Positions 9,901-15,940 of a DNA stretch of 64,000 nt are shown here, one piece after another; the first letter of the stretch is position 1; each line of letters opens with the position of its first letter. Made by a program: the position numbers and the translations under genes. Source of the stretch: a virus (Duplodnaviria; Caudoviricetes); the IMG/VR virus record IMGVR_UViG_3300005937_000006, positions 8,967-72,966 of that record. One strand, written 5' to 3'. The notes under the pieces were generated by a model. It saw nothing but the letters and a program-made list of their open reading frames with translations, was not told where the DNA came from and did not search any database.

Positions 9901-10172
9901 GCGCTATCACCGTGGGTGAGTTTGGTCGCGAGACATTCGTGCCCTGGACAAAGGGCTATATTATGCCTCATCAGTTGACTGAACGGCTGATGGATGCCAA
10001 TCGCGCACGGCAGATGCTTGCACCTGCGATGCCCGGTAGGCCGAACCAGCAGTCTACGGTGAACAACTTCAACGTAACCTACACAGCAGTGGAACAAAAG
10101 AAGAAGGGCGAGGCTGACATCAATCAGGTGCTCAGAGATACGGTCATGCTGCTGAGCATCGGAGGCTCCTGA
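972..10172 (+). CDS. Tape measure protein (TP901-like N-terminus) with internal lytic transglycosylase-like domain
   Basis: ~3066 aa starting MASISTAELRILITAQD. Contains a TP901-type core (AADFEQTL...ALGAD...A.AMDELAKAG), a hydrophobic stretch, HSPSR motifs and a terminal ATGG...VGEFGRETFVP motif, and is followed by Dit. Confidence 0.95.
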   Translation: MASISTAELRILITAQDYASAQLARTVSGFNSLAQKATMTGSQMTRAFTLPAGVIGGSIIKEAADFEQTLDVLVNTTREAGNNVQDAANGFGDAETRMAAFRKEALALGADLNIPATSASDAARAMDELAKAGLSATQVLAAARGTVQLAAAMNVDEAKAADLMSAALKAFRLPGEDAVRVTNMIARATEVSRAKFDDFAIGIRQGAAAFAVTGRPLEEFLGMIGILVDRGVSGGVAATSLRRAVSAVAAPTAKATATMEKYGVSLFDAEGKMKSWPDIIDHLSESFKDLNPQETFAAIKNIFGQEGFKSIAPLIEFSRQQKEAMDELNASFEAGEISQEEYAAAQARLAEQGKKTTDELRANIESIKNSDAAAKITEARTKGLNGAIDGLVSSFQTMAIVIGTPFLQRLNNLARGFAELITKFGEFMSANPRLLEFVATFGTVIAAVGPALLIFGRLLTLIGALATPFGLATAAIATFAAAWSINLGNVQGITHDALGGVVKIMAGLGERLREWGAENEPLGEMIGKVLSGIGGIAQGFQFAIQGNMEAAKKAWSDALGDFGKAGEIALQQVDQFVGGILDKIGELTGIDVSGATTAIDKLATLLGIDTSDSVDGLTRLWQILDRLGQLSLGGLTTIWNTLKELGSLTFSGLDKFLDFSAKLSGMTFSAPDLSPFDKFKELALADFGPLVDLLARLQRFTFSAPDLSTLDKLKELGEFNWNELKDFFNNLMVALPKLNIPGDFARALENIRVALEGIADLLSSKPIQWEKATPPPDAGQRARQYAADLKFLSATLVTTTGAFAESINMVRGFVIMADSLMRVLPLLGQAAKDVLTGTERVGADSPLFQAREIMQESNRQLAELGSQNDAAKKRTQDAWDEYFNFIKQGGIDTANEVAAAQQKTTQAVDGTSEAVKAATVDLGESFADIPAQTDEMATAIEQGLAPIPAAVTDTLDPVAQQVTEVSAEAAQAMVDQLASLPANVSQATGDIITTIDQVQPQAQESGTGLGQAVIDGISAALSLTATPAFAEELPTQIQAVEAPAHEAGTAVGTAVVTGLEEGVKPADTALAPLSTSVEQSMNTTLATVQSSGAQIIASFTTTFQQIVAAVTAAMAQVTATITTSAQQQVAAMQAAGAQILASAQATWQAILASATSTWATITQTVVTSANQTQAAVVAAGQQMTVAINAAGNSMIAAMSNAMSGMVSAATSGIAQVISAVSGQAAAAASAGASIGNSIASGLSSAIQAGAARAASAAAAAVNAAISAARAAADAHSPSRKMTQLGTDMIDGLANALSQGQSRVADAVKIIIKEALAANIDPMVALALAKAESSLNARARGDSGHSVGLFQLHDAGQGAGMSVAAREDPTTNARKFLQSHSQLFAQLKGQIKDTTELVRQFGVAAEQPADQTGAAYVAAYQQIQQQIRDAGGSIADLVDNQDAFNTALGESVDTTASLTPLLERQLALKEQSAALDVKMLAGQQNLERINRAIQQVEEGSIEQRLAAMQGSRQDNAYLQQELQLKLQLLKAQRDAGVDSKGKPRETQEIADIKAALDLLKDQREEISLNAALTKAENEARSMGLKEQALLQGEALRPLQNQQFLLQQQLAQIDALNAAWQAAQATIQNNNSAETAARREVIATMREQAGANTNIVSAGQAALTEMRNSGRITQQEFERYMGILQQFGQVAVASTNQAATGITTIATASTNAQTAIVNTGAALTTTGQEMQAVGQAGAQAGQVLATNATQGLTQFANEAAVAAQNAVNSVINVLLNSGGAAYEAGRTLGNNVGAGLTDGIVESGNAAIDAAIQVANAVIEAMRGPQGFDAHSPARKSYFIGQDVMAGLIKGLNDPTIGEDVKKRIQQYIDMAERYRKLIPEAIDNEMRIIETRIDQAKALLGILDLEMRMKEAQRAAEDARRGSLTDQIRLLDIERDKNELRLKELDHAKKLTAAQRDVEATERAIQEIVEGTLAERIAALQVEQQQNILKRQQLVLQQQMAVLSAAVHKTEREIQETQDGSIATQEHLLDLDYQRGLIRQQELMHANELLDAQNAVADTERIIRDLERGTLAERQAEITLDHKKNLLSKERIQIEARLRQIHEAGIAKDIAAFSGQGLQVVDPSDATQQEVNALHNRLAVIEDQNELLTDEGEIRRLNGQIASYEYRLQLEAQRDSVDVLEHQNELLERQSQRLQNESELVKLNGELASHYLQVRLLHEQAALKTLQDQIDAIEAQNDALDLAAQLRAVDAAIASNALKIQLEQQKEALKVLEQQQQVYDDQNQALDEEAERIRINNELRAHQYAVEAVVLEDEHRQQQRIIDDLDRQYEALNRQKQVYDAILRAVDYLHDHLLDIGILEDPFAQPTHEPTPHETPGGSGGGRSGGSAGGAARAGGAVAAAGEAIGKSMKDAGAETEKFVGNAQAALARLKPVVTDAATTATTALAGTATAGHQIAIELGDIGSRDFKVNVDGTTIREAQTTAGYLMDTTGELASQTYDIKVNDQTVRVSGEQAIALRESIEGVADPVSLNVNGQQVTLTGAEVAILRDQLAYVNSERVTLSVEDQAVKDAEMGVSLVTDAITTLDGTTAAPAVVPEVDTAPIEEMVTEAETERVMAVASEVDTAAVDDVVAVVEADHTLAAATEVDTAAVDTTIATITDDHTLPSTTTVDTAAVDSTLATVEANHDLPATTVVDRATLDTAVTVATTNHPMPMNTVVTQDTMNTTISTAATVHPVNMNTVVTQETLDAAIALGEEPHPLNMNTVVVLTEMEAAITEADAQHPLNMETIVVLDEMEAAIAEAVAQHPLNMETIVVLDEMEAAISEADAQHPLNMETVVVLEEMQAAIDEAAADHDLNITTVVERADLDTAIEDVEAGYDLAITTQVERGDLDSAISDAEKSYDLAVKVKVEDDDLQDVLDDLDEDQELSVAIKMERDELDDVLEEIKKKHTMKVEVEKTGGGGEGEGHATGGVVQSGRAITVGEFGRETFVPWTKGYIMPHQLTERLMDANRARQMLAPAMPGRPNQQSTVNNFNVTYTAVEQKKKGEADINQVLRDTVMLLSIGGS
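4890..5240 (+). other. SLT/lysozyme-like domain inside TMP
   Basis: NIDPMVALALAKAESSLNARARGDSGHSVGLFQL...DPTTNA: catalytic-Glu ES motif plus GLFQ motif. Confidence 0.8.
6732..7960 (+). repeat. Coiled-coil repeat block in TMP: 4 x 49-aa then 4 x 46-aa units
   Basis: G(S/T)(L/I) units start at 6732, 6879, 7026 and 7173 (147-bp period). L.....I..(LN/VD/IN) units start at 7410, 7548, 7686 and 7824 (138-bp period). Confidence 0.7.
8755..9840 (+). repeat. ~15 tandem 24-aa (72-bp) repeats in TMP C-terminal region
   Basis: Units such as NMETIVVLDEMEAAIAEAVAQHPL; 47-bp identical DNA at 9309-9355 and 9381-9427. Confidence 0.9.
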
Positions 10173-11089
10173 TGCCGGTGCCCACACAGATTGACGAATA
10201 CTTCACGTTCTTTCATCCTGTCACGAAGGCGGGATTGGACCTGAACGATAGCGTCAACTACCGCGTGTTGCAACACGACGGGCTAAGCGGGATTGGCGAT
10301 TTCGAGCACCTTGCGGTTGGGGTGCCGGAACTCCAGGGACAGTATTGGTACGATGTCAAACTTGATGCCAAAGTTGTCACGCTAGATATGCGTATCATTG
10401 CGCGGACATTCATCGACCTCGAAAATAAGAAGCGTCAGTTGATGGACTACTTCAACCCGCTGGCCGTCGATCCCAAGCGCGGGCTTGTGCCGATTCTGCG
10501 CGTGCGGCAAGCCAATGGCGCAGAGCTTCAGATGAACTGCGTGCTGCACGAGTCGGCGCCATTGCCGACACAGCAGAACATTGGGCAGTTCAACGCGCGC
10601 TACCTATTCCGCTTCCGTACAATAGCCGAGCCGTACATGTATGAGGCGCAGCCCCAGGAGATCATCTACTTCATCGGGGCAGCGCCAGGGTTCAGGGTGC
10701 CATTCCGCTTGCCGTTGCGCGTGGGCGCCGGGGGTGTCTATCAACGTCCCGTGCTCAACAACGACGGACATGCACCCTCACCCGTGTACATCGACATCGA
10801 AGGGCCATGCGCATCGCCGATCATCGTCAACGAGACGACGAATCGGACGATAGCTTTCGAGAACGTAGGCGCACCGCTGACGATTGATGCTGGGCAGCAT
10901 CTCATCATCGACACTGATCCCTTCCGCCAGAGAGTCGAAGTCGATGGCACCCCCGTGTGGCAGACGCTATCCAGTGCGGAGTTCTGGCAGGTAGAAGTTG
11001 GGTATAACCAACTGCGCATCGAGATGACGGGGACGGGAGATGTCACCCGTATGACGATCCACTGGGCACGACGATACCTGGGGATGTAG
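10172..11089 (+). CDS. Distal tail protein (Dit, siphovirus-type)
   Basis: 305 aa directly after TMP (TGATG overlap). C-terminal NDGHAPSPVYIDIEGPCASPIIVN...LIIDT...FWQVEVGYNQLRI...W..RY is typical of Dit. Confidence 0.85.
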   Translation: MPVPTQIDEYFTFFHPVTKAGLDLNDSVNYRVLQHDGLSGIGDFEHLAVGVPELQGQYWYDVKLDAKVVTLDMRIIARTFIDLENKKRQLMDYFNPLAVDPKRGLVPILRVRQANGAELQMNCVLHESAPLPTQQNIGQFNARYLFRFRTIAEPYMYEAQPQEIIYFIGAAPGFRVPFRLPLRVGAGGVYQRPVLNNDGHAPSPVYIDIEGPCASPIIVNETTNRTIAFENVGAPLTIDAGQHLIIDTDPFRQRVEVDGTPVWQTLSSAEFWQVEVGYNQLRIEMTGTGDVTRMTIHWARRYLGM

Positions 11090-11098
11090 GGGGCTACG

Positions 11099-13375
11099 AT
11101 GCCGGAGGATAGCCGATTCTTTGAGGGACGCGACCACAGCGAGGCCGAGGTCGCGGAAGTCTTTCAGGACTTCTCTGAAGACGGTATCTACCAGCATGCC
11201 GATCAGCGCCTCGCCGTCTCCGCTCCGGGCGGGCTCGTCGTCAACGTTGCGGCCGGGCGCGCCATCGTACAGGGGTTCTGGTATCGCCTGCCTGTTGCCA
11301 CAGGTGTACCGATCCCATTCAACAACACTGCGTCGATTCGATATGACCGTGTTGTGCTTCGGCTAGAGCGTGGACCGAATCGCGTTATCCTTGGTCTGCG
11401 ACTTGGCGCACCGGGTGGCGGTATCCCTGCGCTCGAACGTGCCATCGGCGGGAACTGGGAGCTGTCGCTTGGCTGGGTGCGTAGCGGGCCAAGCGTCACA
11501 AATATCACCGCGAGCGACATCGGGGATGAGCGGAGCTATGCCAGCGTCTGTGGCTATGCAAACCGCTCCGGCTACATTGGCGCTCCTGCGCTCGATGGGC
11601 TCCCAAGTTTCGCCGGGTTCTTCGGGGACTCGAATACAGGCTTCCAGAACTACGCCGAAGACGGCATCAATATCATGACCGGCGGCAAAGCGATGGCGAC
11701 GATCCATTCGAGCGTCGTCTATTTTGGATCGTATAACACGCCGGTGATCATTCGCGCAGGAGGCCCAGCCGGCGCTGGCTATGAGCGCATCTACGTCGAT
11801 GGGACATATATCCTGATTGGACGAGATGGCAGTGGCGGGAGTACCGGACCGAGTCAGATTGAGCTTGGCACATCCAAATCAGTGACGGCGATCTCGTACG
11901 GGCACACGGGCGCAACGTACGCAACACACTACATCTATGGGTCTGTCAGCTTTACGCCGCCCCAGACGAACTACTACCTTCCGTTCTACTATACGGAGGG
12001 GTACTACACGGGCATTGCCTTCCGTAACAACGGGTACTACAACCGCGAAGCATACATCCTCTTGAACGGCGGTCTTGGCGGGCAAGGCGACCTGTCGATC
12101 TACACCTCAGGCCCGTGGTCAAACCGCCTGATCTTTGGCGTGCAGGGCGCAGGGAAGATGATCATCGGGCCGAACTCGTTTGCCTTCGGGAATCAGGTCG
12201 GGCGGAACTCCGCATACAACTTCCAGGCGCAGTACAACCACCCCGACTGGGGGATTCGACTATTCCATACGAACCAGTCACATCATCTCGACTGGTATCC
12301 CGATGATACGGGTCGGCATGTCTGGGGGATCAACAACACGCCGCAAATGTGGCTGATGACGGGCGGTGTCTTCACGATCGGCTGGGCGCCTAAAGACAGC
12401 GGGTTCAACTTCCAGCAGCAGTACAACCATCCGTTCTGGGGCATTCGCATCTGGCACACCAATGCCGTGCATGCCTTAGATTACTACGCAGATGACAGCG
12501 GGCGTCACACCTGGGGGATCAACGGCGTTCCGCAGATGTGGTTGTTCACGCAAGGGCAGTTCACTATTGGTGGGCCTGCGCCGAAGGGTGCCGGGTTCAA
12601 CTTCCAGCAGGCATCGAACTTCTCCTACTATGGTCTGCGCGTGTTCCACACGAATGGGTCGTGGCACAACGACTTCTATACAGACGATGCCGGTCGCCTG
12701 CGAGTGGGCTTCAACGATGCGCCCAAGTTCGCAATGGCCGCAGACGGCAAGATTACGCTGGGGCCAACGCCGACTGATGTGGCGATGCTGCACATTCCTG
12801 CGCAGTTCGCGGATGGCGAGTCGAACGGCATTCGGTTCACCGCTGGGGGTGCGGCCGGGCGTGTTTGGGTTCACAGCAATGGGATGTTCCATCTCGGGAG
12901 TGCCACATGCTACGTAATCGTGCAGCATTCTCCGTTGGCGTTCACCCCCGGCACAGCAAGCAACGTCGAACTGGGAACGACGACGCTTCCCTGGAATAAC
13001 CTCTACATCGCTGCGCAGGGGTATAAGGCCGGTGGTGGCTCCTGGGCTGCACTGTCCGATGAGCGCATGAAGCTCTCGGAGTCGATCCGTCCTTTCACCG
13101 ATGGGATCGACCGCTTGATGCAGTTCGAGCCTATCTGGTTCCGGTACAGCGGCGAGTACAATGTCGCGGCCACAGAGCGTGACTACGTCGGCTTCTCCGC
13201 GCAGCGGATGCTCCAGGTCGCGCCAGAGATGGTCGAGACGCTGTCGATGAAGCGCAACGATGATACCGACGAGGAAGATGTGTATGCCGTTGATACCAGT
13301 CCGCTGATCTTCATGCTCCTGAATGCCGTGAAGGACATCGAGACGCGACTGCGGGCATTGGAGGGGAGAGCCTAA
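11099..13375 (+). CDS. Tail fibre / minor tail protein with C-terminal peptidase S74 intramolecular chaperone
   Basis: N-terminal baseplate-anchoring module (VNVAAGRAIVQG...RYDRVVLRL); C-terminal SDERMK...L.P..FRY...GFSAQ...PEMV...LLNAVKDI.TRL.ALE. Confidence 0.85.
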   Translation: MPEDSRFFEGRDHSEAEVAEVFQDFSEDGIYQHADQRLAVSAPGGLVVNVAAGRAIVQGFWYRLPVATGVPIPFNNTASIRYDRVVLRLERGPNRVILGLRLGAPGGGIPALERAIGGNWELSLGWVRSGPSVTNITASDIGDERSYASVCGYANRSGYIGAPALDGLPSFAGFFGDSNTGFQNYAEDGINIMTGGKAMATIHSSVVYFGSYNTPVIIRAGGPAGAGYERIYVDGTYILIGRDGSGGSTGPSQIELGTSKSVTAISYGHTGATYATHYIYGSVSFTPPQTNYYLPFYYTEGYYTGIAFRNNGYYNREAYILLNGGLGGQGDLSIYTSGPWSNRLIFGVQGAGKMIIGPNSFAFGNQVGRNSAYNFQAQYNHPDWGIRLFHTNQSHHLDWYPDDTGRHVWGINNTPQMWLMTGGVFTIGWAPKDSGFNFQQQYNHPFWGIRIWHTNAVHALDYYADDSGRHTWGINGVPQMWLFTQGQFTIGGPAPKGAGFNFQQASNFSYYGLRVFHTNGSWHNDFYTDDAGRLRVGFNDAPKFAMAADGKITLGPTPTDVAMLHIPAQFADGESNGIRFTAGGAAGRVWVHSNGMFHLGSATCYVIVQHSPLAFTPGTASNVELGTTTLPWNNLYIAAQGYKAGGGSWAALSDERMKLSESIRPFTDGIDRLMQFEPIWFRYSGEYNVAATERDYVGFSAQRMLQVAPEMVETLSMKRNDDTDEEDVYAVDTSPLIFMLLNAVKDIETRLRALEGRA
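12215..12763 (+). repeat. Three 63-64-aa repeats in the fibre
   Basis: (Y/F)NFQ...GIR..HTN..H.(L/N)D.Y.DD.GR..WG.N..PQMWL...G.FTIG, starting at 12215, 12404 and 12596. Confidence 0.85.
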
Positions 13376-13863
13376 TGGCCGATCTGCGCGAGGTCATCAT
13401 CGGGAACATCCGCTTTACGATCATGGCAGGCCCAGATCCCGATGACCGGCAAGTCTCGGTCATGGGCAATGCCACGATCTTCGACCAGAACCTGAATCAG
13501 ACCCGTGTGTATGTCGGTGATCTTACGTCGAAGATGACGAACGCAGATTATCAGATGTGCCAGGGACTCGTTGACAGGTTCATACAGGGCGTGATGCTTG
13601 AATACAACATCACCGCTGCAAACATCGCGGAGGGCGGTGACATCCTAGATGCGCAGGGACAGCCACAGAGCACACCGCAGGGTCAAGCCGCGCCTCAGTC
13701 GTTCATGCCGATGGAGGGCGTTGCGCCAATGACAACATCGGCACCGGCGCCGCCCCCATCGAACCCCGGCGGCGGTGCAATTGGTGTGCCTTCGACACCC
13801 GAGCCGTCCGCGCCTGTTTCCACCGATACTGGCGACGGTGAGTTCATCCCGCAAATGCCATAG
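13375..13863 (+). CDS. Hypothetical tail-region protein, Pro/Ala-rich C-terminus
   Basis: 162-aa ORF coupled by TAATG to the fibre gene. Confidence 0.7.
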   Translation: MADLREVIIGNIRFTIMAGPDPDDRQVSVMGNATIFDQNLNQTRVYVGDLTSKMTNADYQMCQGLVDRFIQGVMLEYNITAANIAEGGDILDAQGQPQSTPQGQAAPQSFMPMEGVAPMTTSAPAPPPSNPGGGAIGVPSTPEPSAPVSTDTGDGEFIPQMP

Positions 13864-13876
13864 GAGAGGACACCGT

Positions 13877-14134
13877 ATGACTGCGAATCGTCATCCACAT
13901 GCAACCGTTGATGGCACGTTCATCCCGCAGGACACGCCCACGGAGCCGCCGCCCACGGAGATCAGTGAAGCCGACATGGAGTTGCTGCTGGCATTCCAGC
14001 AGGATCTTCAGGCGGCACAGCGGGCCTATGCCACGCTGATGAACCAGTATGCTGGCCGCTACCAATTGCGCGAGGGTGATCGCATCGAGATGAGCCGCTC
14101 GATCACGCGGAGGGACGATGGCAAACGCGCCTAG
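13877..14134 (+). CDS. Small hypothetical protein (coiled coil, possible fibre chaperone)
   Basis: ATG 13877 after strong RBS AGGAGAGG; MTANRHPH... Confidence 0.65.
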   Translation: MTANRHPHATVDGTFIPQDTPTEPPPTEISEADMELLLAFQQDLQAAQRAYATLMNQYAGRYQLREGDRIEMSRSITRRDDGKRA

Positions 14135-14555
14135 TATCAGCACGGCGGCACGCAATGTTGCCTGTGATGCCGTCGTTGACATGTGCGATGCCGGGAATGA
14201 AGCTGCCCAGCTTCGCATCTACTCTGGGCCGAAGCCGGTGACGGTGGATGCTGGACTCTCAGGTAATACACTGCTGGCCCAGTTGACGATGTCCGATCCA
14301 GCCTTTGGGTCGGCTACGAACGGGCAGGCTATCGCCGGTGCCATCGTCTCCGATGCCGCAGCAGATGCATCGGGGACTGCCACGTTCTTCCGCGTTGGGT
14401 CGGTGGACAGCGGCGCGTTCACGCCGGTAATTCAGGGCGAGGTAGGCACCGTGGGCTCCGACCTCAACCTGAACTCAACCGCGATTACCATCGGCGGAAC
14501 GGTGGCGGTAAGCTCGCTGACGTATACGCAGGCACCGGTGCCGCCTGGGCCGTAG
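14118..14555 (+). CDS. Putative virion structural protein
   Basis: 145 aa; ARN..DA...LRIYSG..P......TLLA.L.MSDPAFG.A...A.ASGTATFFR motif set, recurrent in phage structural clusters (from memory). Confidence 0.65.
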   Translation: MANAPSISTAARNVACDAVVDMCDAGNEAAQLRIYSGPKPVTVDAGLSGNTLLAQLTMSDPAFGSATNGQAIAGAIVSDAAADASGTATFFRVGSVDSGAFTPVIQGEVGTVGSDLNLNSTAITIGGTVAVSSLTYTQAPVPPGP

Positions 14556-14564
14556 GAGGCTAGG

Positions 14565-15005
14565 ATGGTCGTTGTCGCAAAGCTGTACGGCAAGGTCTTC
14601 CTCTCTGCCTTCAACAAAGAGATCGATCTTGTCGATGACAACATCGCGTGTACGTTGCACGCCGCCGCGTACACGCCCGATCAGGATACCCATCAGTATG
14701 TGTCATCGCTAACCAATGAAGTACCCGCATCGGGCGGATACTCAACAGGCGGGCAGAATCTCGCCAATGACACGCTGACGTATACCGCTGCGACCAACGT
14801 CATCATGTATGACGCAGACGATGTCGTCTGGCCCGGCTCCACGATCACCGCCAGGACAGCGGTCGTCTCGGATCGCACGCCGGGCACCGCTGCGGCACAG
14901 CCGTTGATTTGCTACCAGCAGAGCGACGTGGACATCGTCTCCAGCGGAGGCGAGTTCAGGGTCGCCTGGAATGCCAGCGGCATCTTCACGGTCACCGTTT
15001 CGTAG
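14565..15005 (+). CDS. Putative virion structural (minor tail) protein
   Basis: 146 aa after AGGAGG; EID...D.I...L...AYTPDQDTH......NEV...GY.TGG..L...DA.DV.W...TITAR.AV...G.F.V.WNASGIFT. Confidence 0.7.
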   Translation: MVVVAKLYGKVFLSAFNKEIDLVDDNIACTLHAAAYTPDQDTHQYVSSLTNEVPASGGYSTGGQNLANDTLTYTAATNVIMYDADDVVWPGSTITARTAVVSDRTPGTAAAQPLICYQQSDVDIVSSGGEFRVAWNASGIFTVTVS

Positions 15006-15014
15006 GGAGTCCAC

Positions 15015-15281
15015 ATGGAGCAGGATGACACTGCGGTTGCCGAGCTTGAAGCGCTCCTGGCGATTCCCGGCGCGCTGAAGATCATCACCAATGAACCGAA
15101 TCCCGATGCGCCCGACAATGCCGATTTACGACTGCCATCATCGTTCGTCTGCCATGACGTAACGGGCATCACCGGACCGGATGAGCGGGGGCGGTATCTG
15201 GCTTCCTCAGCAGAGGGTGATTGGACGTTGGGCTATCCCTCTGCACTGCTGTCGCGACTGCGGCAGTGGAGGAGTGGCTAA
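15015..15281 (+). CDS. Hypothetical protein
   Basis: 88-aa ORF after GGGAG RBS, coupled to the next gene. Confidence 0.6.
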   Translation: MEQDDTAVAELEALLAIPGALKIITNEPNPDAPDNADLRLPSSFVCHDVTGITGPDERGRYLASSAEGDWTLGYPSALLSRLRQWRSG

Positions 15282-15940
15282 TGGCCGACAACATCAAAGT
15301 GCTCGCGGCCACGGGCGTCTCCGATCCGCCGGTTGCAACCGATGAGGTGACCATCAATGGCACCCCCGTGCATGTCCAGCGGATCAAGCAAGGCTGGGGC
15401 GTCGATGGTACCTGGAATGAGACTGCGGATACCGATGGGATTCGCTTTCCTGTGGGTGGCGCGCAGATCGGCGCGATCAATGAATCGGCCCCAGCATCAG
15501 ACATCGCGAATAGCGGCCTGAATGGGCGGCTGCAACGCATCGCACAGAGACTGACGAGCCTGATCGCACTCTTGCCCGCAGCCCTTACGGCAGCAGGCGG
15601 GCTCAAGACTGGAACGGTGGAATCCACGCTCGTCTGTAGTGTTGCGGCAGGTGCGCAGGTAGCTGCCAACGGCATCGATCTGGCAGGGATCAGGACATGG
15701 GGCGTCATCGTCCCCACGACATTCGATGGTGCGGCGATTGGCTTCTCGGTATCCGACACGCTCACTGGAGCGTACTTTCCTGCGTACGACATCACCAATA
15801 CGATGGTGACCATCCCGGTCGGTCCCGGCCGGTATTACGACGTGCCCGGTGAGGTGATGGCGGCGCGCTTCCTCAAGATCACGACCGACGTGAATCAGAC
15901 CGGCACGTCCACTGACTTCATTGTGATCGCCAAGTCATGA
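15281..15940 (+). CDS. Putative virion structural protein
   Basis: Start at ATG 15281 (MADNIKV...ATDEV...VHVQRIK.GWG.DG...SGLNGRLQRIAQRL); beta-rich C-terminus. Confidence 0.7.
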   Translation: MADNIKVLAATGVSDPPVATDEVTINGTPVHVQRIKQGWGVDGTWNETADTDGIRFPVGGAQIGAINESAPASDIANSGLNGRLQRIAQRLTSLIALLPAALTAAGGLKTGTVESTLVCSVAAGAQVAANGIDLAGIRTWGVIVPTTFDGAAIGFSVSDTLTGAYFPAYDITNTMVTIPVGPGRYYDVPGEVMAARFLKITTDVNQTGTSTDFIVIAKS

